64,000 nucleotides of DNA from Callorhinchus milii (lineage: Eukaryota), in NCBI RefSeq assembly GCF_018977255.1, contig NW_024704742.1:48982001-49046000 (forward strand). Direction: 5' to 3'. A model generated the notes under the pieces. It saw only the letters and a program-made list of their open reading frames with translations. It was not told the DNA's origin and did not search any database. The position numbers and the translations under genes were made by a program. Below are positions 1-13,147 of the stretch, in pieces. Within the stretch, counting starts at the first letter, position 1. The number at the start of each line of letters is the position of its first letter.

Positions 1-3000
1 TTATTATGGTGAACAAGGAAAGCATTTTGATTCAAACGATTTACTAAGATCTAAAATTGGTGGAACAGGCTCGATGGGCTGAATGGTCTCTTCCTATTCC
101 CATTTTCCTATTTTCTCTGCTCTGGGGAGTGTGCTTGCTTGTAAAATGTGTTTAAAAATAAAACAAGAAAGCTATTGCTACACTATTTTGTTTCCTTTGT
201 TCTCTTTTATGCCTAGATAGACAGGTCACTTCTATATCTCCCAAGGGCAAACTCACCATCTTGAGAAAATCAATGAGAGCCAGAAATGCATGGAACAAAG
301 CTTTACCTCTTACTGAATCTAGAATCCCAGAATATTACTATTGCTATTATATTTAGTTTGTCCACAAAATATACACATCCATATCACTTTACAATATATG
401 CGAAGTGCTTTAAGGATACTTTAAGGATACTGTAGTAAAAATAATAATAATAATTATTTGGTCACTCAATCCATGACTTTTCGTGGGACACAGCTGTGCA
501 CAATTGGCTGCCGCATTTCGACCACAAAATATACAGTCAATTCACTTCAATCGTCTCAACAAGGTGATAAGGCGCTATATCAAATTATTATTATATTATT
601 ATAGTAGTAGATGTAGTATTACTAATTTTACTATTACTAGTATTACTACTGCTGCTGTATCTAGTTCAACTTGTGTACTTGTTGCAATCTTGCATCTGCC
701 AACTAGTTTGTTTTACAAATGTAATTGAAAATTTTTACCACACTAAAAAGTATCAACTGTGACCATTGATGCCCTCTTGTGACTAAAATAAGTAAATCAG
801 CAGCAAACCCTGAACTGTATTATTCTGAATACTGCCCTCTACTGGTCACATATATCTGAACCACTCAAAGATCCATTTCAAAGGTTTGCAAAACCTTTCC
901 ATGTGTTTTAGAAATATGTGATTTGTTAAGGTAACGCAGTTTGCATTTATTTTAATGGACCGAAAGTCTGACCACAGGAGTGTGAATGAGAAGACGAGAG
1001 GGAAAATGGAGGGAAAATAATTAATCACACACAAAAAAATCCTCTTTAAAGAGGAAGAGAACCCATGTATTTTCAAAATGTACCCTTCAAGGGTTTATTA
1101 GATCTTCTTTAACCCTAAAATATCCAGCTCACAAACTAATAGATGAATAATAACAATAGCTTACACTAATCTTATGTCATACAATGTCTCAAAGCATTTC
1201 ACAATGATGATGGGGAATCATTGAGTGGGTAGGAAAGGAGTGGGAACTTGAAGGCTTTGACCAAAGTCAGTCGAAGAAATGGGGTTTCCAGGCAGGGAAA
1301 GAAGGTAAAGTTAAAGGAATTGCAGTGCAAGACATTTATCTGAAGGCTTATCCACCAATGGTAGAAGTAGGGGATAGGCCTTGGTTTAAAGTCTCATCCA
1401 AAGAATGTCACCTCCAATAATATAGTAATTTCCAGTACTGTTGTACAATTGGCATCTTCTTAAAGTTGCTCTTCCCACACTAAACTTGTGCCCTCATGTC
1501 CTGCGGCTTTCGTAAAACTGAAGATCTCTGGGTTTACTTTCTTCATTTCATTTAACATCACATTATACTGCGTGGGGGGTACTATTATCAGAAAGGGGGG
1601 CATGGATCGGCAGCTGAGACTGTGGGAGGTCACCCTGAAGTAGAGTCAGATATACAATGTAAGTTAGAGATGTATCCAATCATATTGGGCTCATCACAGG
1701 CCGGGAGGCTAGAAGAACACACTGCTCCTCTCACTGGTGAGTCCCTGGTGGGTTCCAGGGTTATAAAAGAATTACTAAGGTGAGTCTGGAGAAGAGCAGT
1801 TTAGGATATTGACAACCCAAGTGGTTAGTGCCTTCAGCACATAGCTTTCTGTGTCTTAAAAAAAGTTTACTTTTTGGTTGCAGATCATGTCCTCCATTGA
1901 TTATTGTAAGTCCAACACTTCCTACAACAATGTATAAGTCTTTAAGGTTCTCAATATGCGTGGTGCCACATTCAAATGTAAATTGTGCTCAAAGAATGAA
2001 TGAGTCCAATGCAGATGAATGGCTGCTCACAAACACATCCAATTTCACATTTATCAAAGGATGGACAGCTCATTAAACAGGAGGAAGTAGGTTGCATAGT
2101 AATCACAACTTGGCCCTTATTCATGTCCCGAGCCCATCATTAACAATCTCTGAAATCTCAGAATTCAATTCTGTTTATCACGAATTATGCTGATATCATT
2201 CATACTTGTGTGATCTTTTAGTGCCTTATCACATCAAAACAACTAAAGTGACTATTGTTCACAAACACAGCAGCCACAATATAGTGAATAAATTATGACC
2301 AGTATTCAAGAACAAAAAGTCCAAAACTAGAGAGGGCTGTCGTCAAGTTTGCAGATTAAATTACAATAGGATATATGTGAACTGAAAATCCCAAAAAAGT
2401 GAGTGGATGGAACAATGGCAGCTGCCGTTCAGCATACAACAAGTAAGGAAATACACTTCAAACACAAGAATGACAAAGGGGATTCTAAATGGGGAAAGAC
2501 TGGGGGTAAATGAATGAAGGAATTATGTGCCAAAGGTTCGTAACTCATTAAAGTTCATCCACAGGTGCAGGAAACAATAAAGAGGCTAATGGAATGCTGG
2601 GCTTTATCACAGGAGGGCTGCAATATAAATCAAGAAAGTACTGCTCTAGTTATATAGAGATTTGGTCATACCTCATTTGGTGTACAATATTGTTCAATTT
2701 TGGGAGGCCCTTCATACTAGAGTTATCCCAGACTCAGGAGCAGTCCAGTGATGATTTATCTGGGTTGAAGGACTGCTCCTTCCCTATATGTCATAGCACC
2801 TCACATCTTCTCGTACCCCATTCTTCCACTCAGCAAACTTGTACCTGCTATGTGTCCCACTCTTCTCCCCATCATTGGTGGCTGAAGATCCACCCACTAT
2901 CCCCCACCCGTTGGAACACCCTCCCTCTATCACTCTGACTCGCTCCTCTCTATCTACCATTAAATTCTGTTTCAAATCTTATTTCTTCGACCATGCCTTC

Positions 3001-4879
3001 AGTTTCTTTGCCCCCTCCTCCTCCTCCTCTTTCCTGTTCAGGTCGGCTTCTGTCTCCGTGAATCACTCTGAGTCGTTCTCCTAAGTGAAGGGCCAAATAT
3101 AAATAGAAGTTATTGTTGTTGTTTGTGCACCTGAATACACAACTGTTACTTGCAATACAATGTAACAGGGCTTGAGTGAAGAGGTTATCATAGACTACCT
3201 TGTATACAGATGCAAGCCACGTATTAGATTTTGTGGTGCCCACCATGTTTCATAATACTTTGCAGGATGTCTACATCAGAATAGCACAGTTACTGGGTTT
3301 CATTTGAACTCATTGGAAGAAGTAAATAACTCTGTTCCATTAAGAACATTAAGAACATAAAATGCATTCGGGAGGCAGAAACCCATCCAGCTGAAACTCA
3401 ACTATCACACCAAGCTTAGGAGTCAACCGGCACGTCCCATCAAAGGAGAACATCTGCTTCACAACTGGCCCCTTCATCACTCATACATCAAAAATAGGGC
3501 TTGTGCCAACATTAGGGCAGGAAAATGAATGTGAAAGACTGTGCAGGGAGGACAGAGTGCAACTGTGAGGGAATTGCAAAGCAGAAATGCAATCAATAGA
3601 TTTAGATGGCATCAACATCAACTAATTTGAATCATCATCTGAGACCTGCGATTGGATTACTGCTTTGAATCTGCTTACAGCCATTAGCGTTGTTCATAAT
3701 ACATAGCAGATGATAGATTTTCACTTCAAGCTGTTATTTACCATTCCTGCAGTTCAACACTATGATGTAAAGCTGTCAAAATGATGAAATTAGAGGCACT
3801 GTAGTGCATCTGTGTCACTTACAAAATGCACAATTATATTTTACTGTAAACCCTGTGAAGCGTTTTGAAACGTCTTCCCAGCATGAAAAGTTTTATAACA
3901 AATGTAACAACAACAACAAATTACATTTATAGAGCGGTTTTCACATCAGGAGGACACCCCAAGGCTCTGGACAGTAAAGGATGAATGATTTTTTAAATTG
4001 ATAAATGAGAATGAATTTTTTTTATCATCATTTTATTATGTGGTCTGGGACAAATAGCGTCACAAACCTGACAGCACAGGTTTGGTAAACTCTTGTCTAT
4101 AGCATTGCCAGGTTATCATGCCAGATTACATGCAAATTCACTGACTGATAAACGATATAAATAAAACAACAATATGACTTGATGAAAATGTATGAATGGT
4201 CTTGATACCGAGAGCACCTCAGAGAATACAAGTACAGAATACTTTGCAAATTGGATTTTTGGGGGCGATGTGAACAAAATGAGCTTTTTAATTTAAAAAT
4301 TATGATTAAAGCAGAACAGAATATGGGCAAAAATAATCTTTGAAATTGTGTCAATACTAACCATCTGAGTCGCCCATGGACATATGCAACAAGGCGATCC
4401 AATTATTTTTTAAAAATGAAGCCAGGAAAATACGCTTAGACTGTCCACATTTCTTCATCAAGGCAACTTCTAATTACATGAAAACAAAATGGGATTGCAA
4501 TGCAGCCCTGGGCAGAACCAGATTAAGGAAGATAGTGTCTGGAATGTGAATTGCTGTTGTACTTTGAGCTATATACCAATCACTGTCATCCAGCAGCTAG
4601 CATTACCATACTCATTGGGGCTGGCGTGGAATCAATGAACATTACAGCTGTAACCATAAGCAGGGGAGCAGGGATAAGAAAGTTTTAAATGGAGTTATTC
4701 AGGATTCCAGGCACAATCTTGCACCTTCTTTTACAGACATCAATCGGCCTTCATTAACAGATTATATTCAGTCTTCTGTGTCAGCGCTGCAATGTAAATG
4801 AAGTGAACCTGTTGTCTTGAGACAGGGGAAAGGGTGTTATCACCATGTACCAAGGTGAGAAGGGGGCAATACTGACCCA

Positions 4880-5250
4880 CTCATTGGCCTGGCTGAGTTG
4901 GGAGGACTCTTGCCTCTGCGTCAGAAGGTTGTGAGATCAAGCCCCACACTCGGACTTTGAAGTGATAGTCTGTGATGCTGGAGGAGTGATGTATTGTTTG
5001 AGGTGTCTCCTTTGGATGAAACGTTAAACCGAAGTCATGCCTGCCTATTCAGATGGACTATGGTGCAATTCAAAAGAGAAGGGGTTGTGGTATCCTGACC
5101 AACAATCCAACATATAGTAAAAGTCAATAACCTAATGGTTTTGTTTGACTTTGCTGTACACAAAATTTCTGCCAAATTTTCCCACCAAAGGTCACTACAC
5201 TTGATGGTAGTTACTGTGAAGTGCTTTGAGATCTTTCAACACCATAAAGA
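4880..5250 (+). mobile_element. ancient DeuSINE-like element (related relics ~22090-22280, ~31870-32040, ~33690-33915 on -, ~46930-47300 on +)
   Basis: Motifs CTTGCCTCTG.GTCAGAAGGTTGTG..TCAAGCCCCAC and TTTGGATGAAACGTTAAACCGA resemble shark SacSINE1/Deu-domain SINEs (from memory). Confidence 0.6.
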
Positions 5251-7321
5251 CTATGAAATATCTTGCAATATGAGCAGGCCTTGAGTTCTATACAAGAATT
5301 CCCACTGGTTCTTATTAATCAAATGTGAGAAAATGGATTAAAGCACTTGCACTGGTATATTTTAAAGCCCACAAAATAGTGTCATAAGTATTTACAATTA
5401 ATAAATAAATGAAATACTGGCACCTCACTTCACAATAAAAATCCTGTGAAGTGCTTTGAGATGTCTCGATGATGTGATAATATCATATCCAAAGATTATT
5501 ATTATAAATTCTGCAACATTTTCCTCCAACAAATCATCCACAACTTGAAGGTATGGGTTTAATATCCAATCATATTTTTTGGTAGTGTGTGTCTCTGGAT
5601 CAAGGATCCTCTTCTTTCCTTTGCATTTTGTCAATATAGTATTTTCATTCCTGAACCAGTGACTTAGCAAATTGCAAAATGTTGCATGAGAGGAAATATC
5701 TGTCACGATTTGTACTTTTGATCACTATTCAGAGTGGCTCCTGCTAGGAAGTGCATGTGAATGGTCAATTTCCCTACTGGAACTCACTGTGGGCCTCATA
5801 TATGGAAGAATGAACATTTTGGCCAAGGTCATGTACACCACAACCACATTGCAGTGTGCATAGTGCGTTCAAGAGAGGAAAATTGACAAGCACAATTTAT
5901 TCTGTTGATAATAATACAGGTGAATGATTTAAAGTTTCCCTTTTCTAAATGAGTAATAAGAGATTTCTATGCACGTCAGGAGAAACATGTCCCAGTAGGA
6001 GAAAAGAAAAACACACAAAGTAAATTCACAAAGATGAGAAATTGCTACAAAAACCTAGGTAAGCAGAACTGTAAGTGGCCATTGATAATGGGGGAAACCC
6101 ATTACAAAAACACAGAGTCAAGATCAGTCTTCCAATAGTGTCTATGGGCATCGTGCTTTAAGTTAGAGGCATTTTTCCTCAGCATCTCCTTCATGATCAG
6201 TTCCACTTTTCTCTCTGCGAATCTTGCCTTTTTAAATCTTTCAGATAAAAATGTTATTTTCTGGCACTTTATTCTTCTGACTCACATTGTGTGACTCGAA
6301 AAGCAGCTCTCAATTCTACCAGATGCTTTCGAGTGCTTCAGTGGTGCTGGTGTTTCATTGGGTTTCCGAGTTTTACTGTAACATAGCAACAGATGGCAGT
6401 CCTGGGAGACAGTGGGCGAAATTGACAAGCTTACTCAAAATAACAGGAACAAATGGTTTTACAACAGAATTACAGGGACAATTTTCACACCACACAGAAC
6501 AGTTATGATCTGGAAATATTATAAATTGTTGACATTCCATTGATTTACACTCAAGTTTACTTTAGAAAACGTAAAAGACTGTGTAACTCATTTTTCCTAT
6601 TTCTATACTTTGTGTCAAACAATTAATTTATTTGAAATTATGACGCTATGTTGAACACATGGTCATGGTGGATTACTGTACTGATTCTCTCAGAGCTGTA
6701 GAGAACCTCCAAGAGGATTATTCTCCCCCACTGACTGGAATAAGAGAATAGTTCAACCTTGTGTTCAGAGATTCTTCTCACGTCAATAATACCACACCAG
6801 TCAACTTCACTTACCCCACCCTATCCACCCCACCACTGCTGGGTGAATTTCAGTCATCCTGTCCCTACTCTCACGCTTTCAAAACTGTCTTAAGACTTAT
6901 TTCTTTGACTGTGCTTTCAGTCAATTTTCCCCTCCCGACTCCCATCCCTCCAATTCCCCCTCTCCTGGTTTGAGTACCCAATCTGTAAATTGCTTTGAGA
7001 TGTCCTCCTGACATGAAAGGGACTATATAAATGTAACTTTTATTTTATTATAATTATAACTAAAGTGCAACCTCAGTGACAGGAACTGCTAACGGAGAAA
7101 AGCTATTGTGAAAAATAAAAGAGAGACAATCTCAAGAGAGACCAAAAACTGTCAAACAACTGCAGCACATAAAGAACTGAAACTGAGAAACTGGTGTGGT
7201 ATACTGAGATAAAGGCTTAGAGGTCAAGTAGGCAAGAAAGGCCTGAGGAACATATTAAGATTGTAGAGCACAAGGAAAATGAGCATGGAAATCCAGCTTA
7301 GGGTTAAGGTTAGGGCTAATC

Positions 7322-7640
7322 GTGGAGTCCTGTAGCTCAGTGGTTAGAGCACTCGCTTTGCAAGCGAGAGACCTGAGTTCAATTCCAGACAGGGCGAAAC
7401 CTTGGGCAAGTTTCCTTACTCCACACAGAGCCTAATAATAATCCCTTCAAAAAAACAAAACAATAATAAATTGGTCATTTTCAATCTACGACTGTTTGTG
7501 GGACATTGCTGTGCGCAATTGGCTGCCGCGTTCGCCCACAAATAAACAGTCAATTCACTTTACAGTGTGTTCTGTGAAGCGCTTTGGGACGTCCTCCCGA
7601 CGTGAAAAGCGCTATATCAAATGCAAGGATTATTATTATT
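7322..7640 (+). mobile_element. full-length tRNA-Ala(TGC)-derived SINE with L2-like tail
   Basis: A box TAGCTCAGTGG, stem CTCGC-TTTGCAA-GCGAG, B box GTTCAATTCC, body GCTGTGCGCAATTGGCTGCCGCG, (ATT)n tail; near-identical copies elsewhere in window. Confidence 0.93.
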
Positions 7641-10600
7641 AATGGCAAGATATGCTAATATATCAATTTAATTTGTTTGTTATCACACAGAAATATTATA
7701 AAGTCTAGATCTATAGTATGATATGGAATATAATGAATAGGATTAATGTTTTTATTATTATTTTCTCTCGAGAACTTTCTTCCTTTGTATCCTGAAGACT
7801 GGGGTTCAATTCCATGGGCACATTGGCAACCTATGTACTTCATCCAAAGTACTATTCTTTATGTCTTGTTCTTGCCCCACCTTTCCTCCTTGAAGCCTAC
7901 CAACCCAGTTTCTCCCTCCGCTCAGGGGGTATCAGGTACATTAATAGTTTCTGGAATAGTGTCAACTTTCTGACAAGACAGAAGCCATTATTTCTGGCTC
8001 CCATTAATGTCTTCTCATCTCCAGCTCTGACTTCCTTAACCTCCCCGGCCTATCCCTCAGACTTACAACCTTGGTGTCAGGTTCGATCCCCAACTGTCCT
8101 TCCTACCCCATATCCAGTCCCTGACCAGGAACGCTTTCCTTCATCTCTGCTACATTGCTCGCCTCCAACTGTACCTCACATCAACCCAGATGAAACCTTT
8201 ATTCTAACATTTGTCACTTTTGCCTCGATTTTTCCAAAGCCCTGCTTGCCGGTCTCCCCAGCTCCACCACCCACAAAGTCCAACTGATCCAAAACTCTGC
8301 TGCCAGTGTTCTTACCTGTACCAAACTCTACACCTCCATCACCTCAAGCTTTCTCTGCATGCCCCCTTCGCTCAACTGACACTGGCCTTCTATGCATGCT
8401 TCATCCCCTCAGCTACCCTTTGCTCCACCATCAGCGGCTGCGCTTTCAGCAACTGCATCCCAAAAGTATGTAAATCTCTGTCTCTATCCCACTAACTTGC
8501 CCTCTCCTTGCTGGTGTTTAGATCACATCTGAAGACCTTCCTCTTTGACTGTGCTTATGATTATCAACCCTCTCCCAGGCTCGGTGCCAGGCTCTGAGTT
8601 AAGCTATCCAGTACAATACCCACGTAAATACAAGGACACTTTATAAATGCAAGTTGTTGTTGCTATAGAGTTCTGCTTTCAGGACTGAATAGCCCTTATA
8701 AAGGGGACATATCTGGCCTGTAATGGATATCTCTCAGTTGTCACTCGTTATAGTATTTTATTCATTTGAACTGCAAGTGAGAAGTAAAGTGAGAGCAGTT
8801 GTGTAAATAACTCACCGTGTGACATCACAGGAGGGGAGAATTGGAGAGATCAGTGGCACTGAAGGAGAATGACATCTCAGCACAGTGTTCCAGTCAAAGG
8901 ATCTGTTCCCAGACTACCCCAGAACAGTAACACGGAGCCAATAAGCCAAACTGAAAGGCATCAGCAGATGTGAGGACCTAACCCTTTGGAACGTTGAGCA
9001 GTTCAGCGGACTGCACTTCTTGTTTAAGATCCAATGGCATCACTTCTGAACTAAGCTTTCGAGTCTACGTTTGAGTCGTGGTGAAAGGTCCAACACTCAA
9101 AAGGTCAACCCATCAGCAACAACAAGATTACATCTTTACATCACTCTTTTGTAGAAAGCTGGTAAACATGCTGTGCTTCTACAACATTTCTGTTTTAACA
9201 TCTATGTTCAGTGGTGTTAGTGCTGATCTCAGCAAAACCTGCCGTGACTGTCAGCTGTCATCCTGTAACACAATAAGTCACTTTCAGTGAGACAGCCTCT
9301 CTCTGCTAAGTTGTCACAGACAGGATTTGAATGGAAAAATAGCGCTCAGTACACTTAGGCATTCGTTTTTTTAAAATAAATGTTTTCTGAATTTTACGCT
9401 CATTAGGATGAGAGATGTCAAAATTGAAAAACTAATTATTTTTCTATTTTGGCACTTGCTGTCAGCATTTATCCTCACTATGTCATGTATTGCCTGGTTA
9501 AGTACAGAGTCACTTCCCTCTCCTCTGTCTACCAATGGTGTTTTACTCATGGCAGTAAATTTACTGAACTTTGGCAACACGTGCTTTATAATAAGTGGAG
9601 AAGAATATGGACTCACTGCCAAAAATGGGCAAATTAATCCTTGATGTTCCTTAATTTCCAACTTTAGAATTACAACTGCAAAGGACTGCTGTGTTTTCTA
9701 AAATATTACTTCTGCGTTTCAAATACTGTAATCCAATTTGAATGTAAAAATAATTACAAGTATATTTATTACAACTGTGCAGTAGACTTGTAGACAGAGT
9801 CAGCTAATTTATTGTGTGTCTCTACATACTGCCAGACTCTCTTATCCAAAGTGGTTCACCGTAATTAATACAATCCCTTATTTAAGAGAGAAACTCCAAA
9901 TTCCTTTACTTGCAAATTCTATAAAGTAACTTGGAGTTATATATTGTACCAATGACCACTTTGAGCAAAATTGGGAATTCTGCCAAAGTTATAAGTAATT
10001 CTACCCTGTGGACATGAGCAGGGAGGATGACTGCTTAAATTCAGGATCATTGAGACCTCAAGAGTGAAGAAACTGCTTGTCAGCCTCAGTTGGATTCACA
10101 CCAGACCAGCCTTAGTGAAAGGACAATGTTCTAACCAACCAGTGGCGGCCAATCATTTGGGACAGCCAACAAAATAAATTTTGATTGAATATTTCTTGAT
10201 TTATGCCATGAATCAATAAATATTAAATCAAGAAAAACCTGGAATGATACTACCAATCGAGAAATGGACTTAGTTAGATTCTGGCGAATATTCGGGGGTG
10301 GGGAGCACTTAGGATGGCCCTGTGGAAGCACTTCGCAGGCCATAGTTTGACCAGCACTGTCCTAACTCATTGTCTTGTCCCCTTGTGGCATTCTTCTTTT
10401 GTATAACCCAGCTTCTTGTCAAACTTCTAAAATTGTACATAAATGTTTTGTTTTAAATAGAGGGTAGACGTTCCCATTTCCAAGCACAAGAACATAATAT
10501 TAATCCTTGCATTTGAGTGCCTTATCATGTCATTGAGATGTCTGAAAGCGCTCCACAGAATATGCTGTAAATATGCGAGTAAATTGACTGTATATTTTGT

Positions 10601-12789
10601 GGGCGAAACTTTGCAGCCAATTGCACACAGCAGTGAGCACAAATGAGAATAATTGTGTTCACATTTCACCCATGTCCAAAAATAATCCATTGTGTTTAAC
10701 AAGTTAACAAATGAAATTGTAAACATATGGGATTGAATATGTGGCCCCTTTGTGCTTTTTCATGTGACATTTTCTCGGCTGTGTGTTGGAGCTCCCAAAC
10801 TTTCTCTTTTAAATTATTATAAAAATAGCTTTATTTTGCAAACAACTCAATAGATTAATATCCTGATGGAGATTGTGATCTGTTCCTTTTTTTTATGAAA
10901 GAATTATGGTTCCACATGTTTCAAGTTAGCCTTTATCTATGCCATCTTTGTTCGGGCTCTTCAATGATGAAGCTGAAAAGGGAACTGTGCGTTGGAGCTC
11001 TGGTAGCTGATTTGAAATTTTCCATGGTGGATAATTTCAATTTACGATGCTGTTATATTAGAATCCAGTGCAATTTAACCCTTTGTGCATCTCATACCAA
11101 CTGGTTCATAACTAACGGTTGGGAATGTATTCTCTTGCTCCAAGAATGGAGCCAGAGAAGAATTATTCAGAACCTCTCCTTCCATAATTTGCCATAATTC
11201 CATTATCCTTAAATCTTAAATCCCTTAAGCCTCACATGTGGGATTTTACTTGGAGAATTTAAGTAAACTGTATATATTGGGTAGCCCTATCAGTTAGTAA
11301 CTGCCTCAAAGAATTACAGCAGATTTCTGAGGCATGATCAATTGCCTATTAACTCAGGCTGACTAATTCTTACAGCCTTTGTGTTATTTCAATGAACATA
11401 TAGTATTTTTAAAACACTTATCAAATGCTTTCTGAACGTCAAGATATATATCGTCCATTGCAATAACCTCATCAACCAAGAGTTTGAATACTTTTGACAG
11501 GCGTAGCCTGCATTTCATAAACCCATTCTAGGTTTGAAATACTTGGCCTGTTAAACATTGCTGATTTGTTTCTTTTATGTCAGACTCAATTTTTTTTCCA
11601 ATACAGATTTCAAGTTAACAACTCTGTAATTTCTAGGATCATGCTTCCTAACCTTGTTTCATTTACTAAATAGCACTGACTAATTTCAACATGGATCCTG
11701 TATTTTACAAATGTATTATTAAATTATATAGCCTGAACAAAATTTTCTCCCCCTGACTTTCACTAAAGACACATTACGTAATCTATCTGAGGAAATCACT
11801 ATTCTAAAGATTGCAACATGTTTCATTGTGTTATCTCAAGAGCTGACGGTTTCCAGAGGAAGTTTCTGTAGCCCGTGAGAGTCATGTGGTTTTCTATAAT
11901 CTTATTTTACACAGTCCTTGTAATTAAGTTTACATTCTTTTAAAAATATATAAATGACCAAGTGGTCCATTTCAAAATGTTGCAAACAATATTTTGATCA
12001 TTCAACTTTTACGTTATAAACAAGATTATATTTTATTTGACCACTCACCCCCCCCAAGAAAATGCTTAATAATGGAATTATAATGGAATGTTTTGTCCAG
12101 AAAGAGGGTTGCAGGCTGAAGTGCACAGATGTAATCCCTGGTAAATTGTTAAAAATGTATTTTGCAAGACGCAGAAATATAGATGATGGTGATGCATTGT
12201 AAGGCAAATTCTAATATGTTTGGTGTAGCAAGTGAAGCATTTGTATCACATTCCACAACAAAAATGTATTTAGCTTTTTTGCCACTTGCATTTGCTGTGT
12301 TATGAATCTATTGCATCACATTCAAAAGAGTAAATGGAAACTTAATACTGTATGATACAAATGTATTAGGCTTCAGCCTACAATCCATCATGGCAAAAGT
12401 AGAGGGGAACAGCAACAGTAATGCAGTGTTTATATGCTGGGAGCAAAGAAGGATGGAGATGTTGAACAGAAAGCCTGGTTTATATTGCCTGCTCCACATT
12501 ACATAACAGCAAGTCTGTTAAACAAACTACTTGTTTTTGATTTTGCTGTAAGTAATTTGCACCAAAAACTGACAGTGTAGACAGTGTAAACAGTGTAGAA
12601 ACCCTGCATAAGAGAAAGCTGCAGAGGGTGGACACTATATAGAGAGAGAGGAGGCTGGATTGCAAAGTGACCTTAGTTTATTTGGAAGTCTGTGCAAATA
12701 AAGACAAATGGTATGTAGAACTGTCTCTAGATAAAGCATAAAAAGTCACTTCTCATTCATGGTAACAATTGAAATACTTATGTGCGTAA

Positions 12790-13147
12790 TAATAATCATA
12801 ATAATCCTTGCATTTGATATAGCGCCTTGTCACGTCTTCGAGACCTCTCAAAGAGCTTCACAGAATATACTGTAAAGTGAATTGACTGTATACTTTGTTG
12901 GGGAAATGCAGCAGCCAATTGCGCACAGCAGTGTCACAAACAGTCGTGGATTGTAGTGACCAAATTATTATTATTATTTATTACCCCTGGAAAAGCAATC
13001 TGGCATTCGACTAACAAACCGGTTCCTACTTACCGCTCGGTAAACAGAGGCATGTGGAGTAAAGAAACTTGCCCTACATTTTGCCCTGCCGGGAATCAAA
13101 CCCAGGTCTCTCGCTTGCTCAAGCCTGCTCTAACTGAGCTACAGGAC
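12790..13147 (-). mobile_element. older SINE variant with different central segment
   Basis: Same head and tail in reverse, with an extra block at about 12980-13050. Confidence 0.8.

Noticed and set aside
6140..6240. Minus-strand peptide KARFAERKVELIMKEML reminiscent of Harbinger Myb/SANT proteins
   Set aside because: Too short and flanked by stops; at most a fossil and not supportable without a profile search.
7297..7316. TTAGGG-like repeats before a SINE (also ~55612-55624)
   Set aside because: Only 2-3 imperfect units; not an interstitial telomere array.
7324..7395. tRNA-Ala(TGC)-like sequence (also at other SINE heads)
   Set aside because: It is the SINE head: no proper acceptor stem and it continues into SINE body in each copy.
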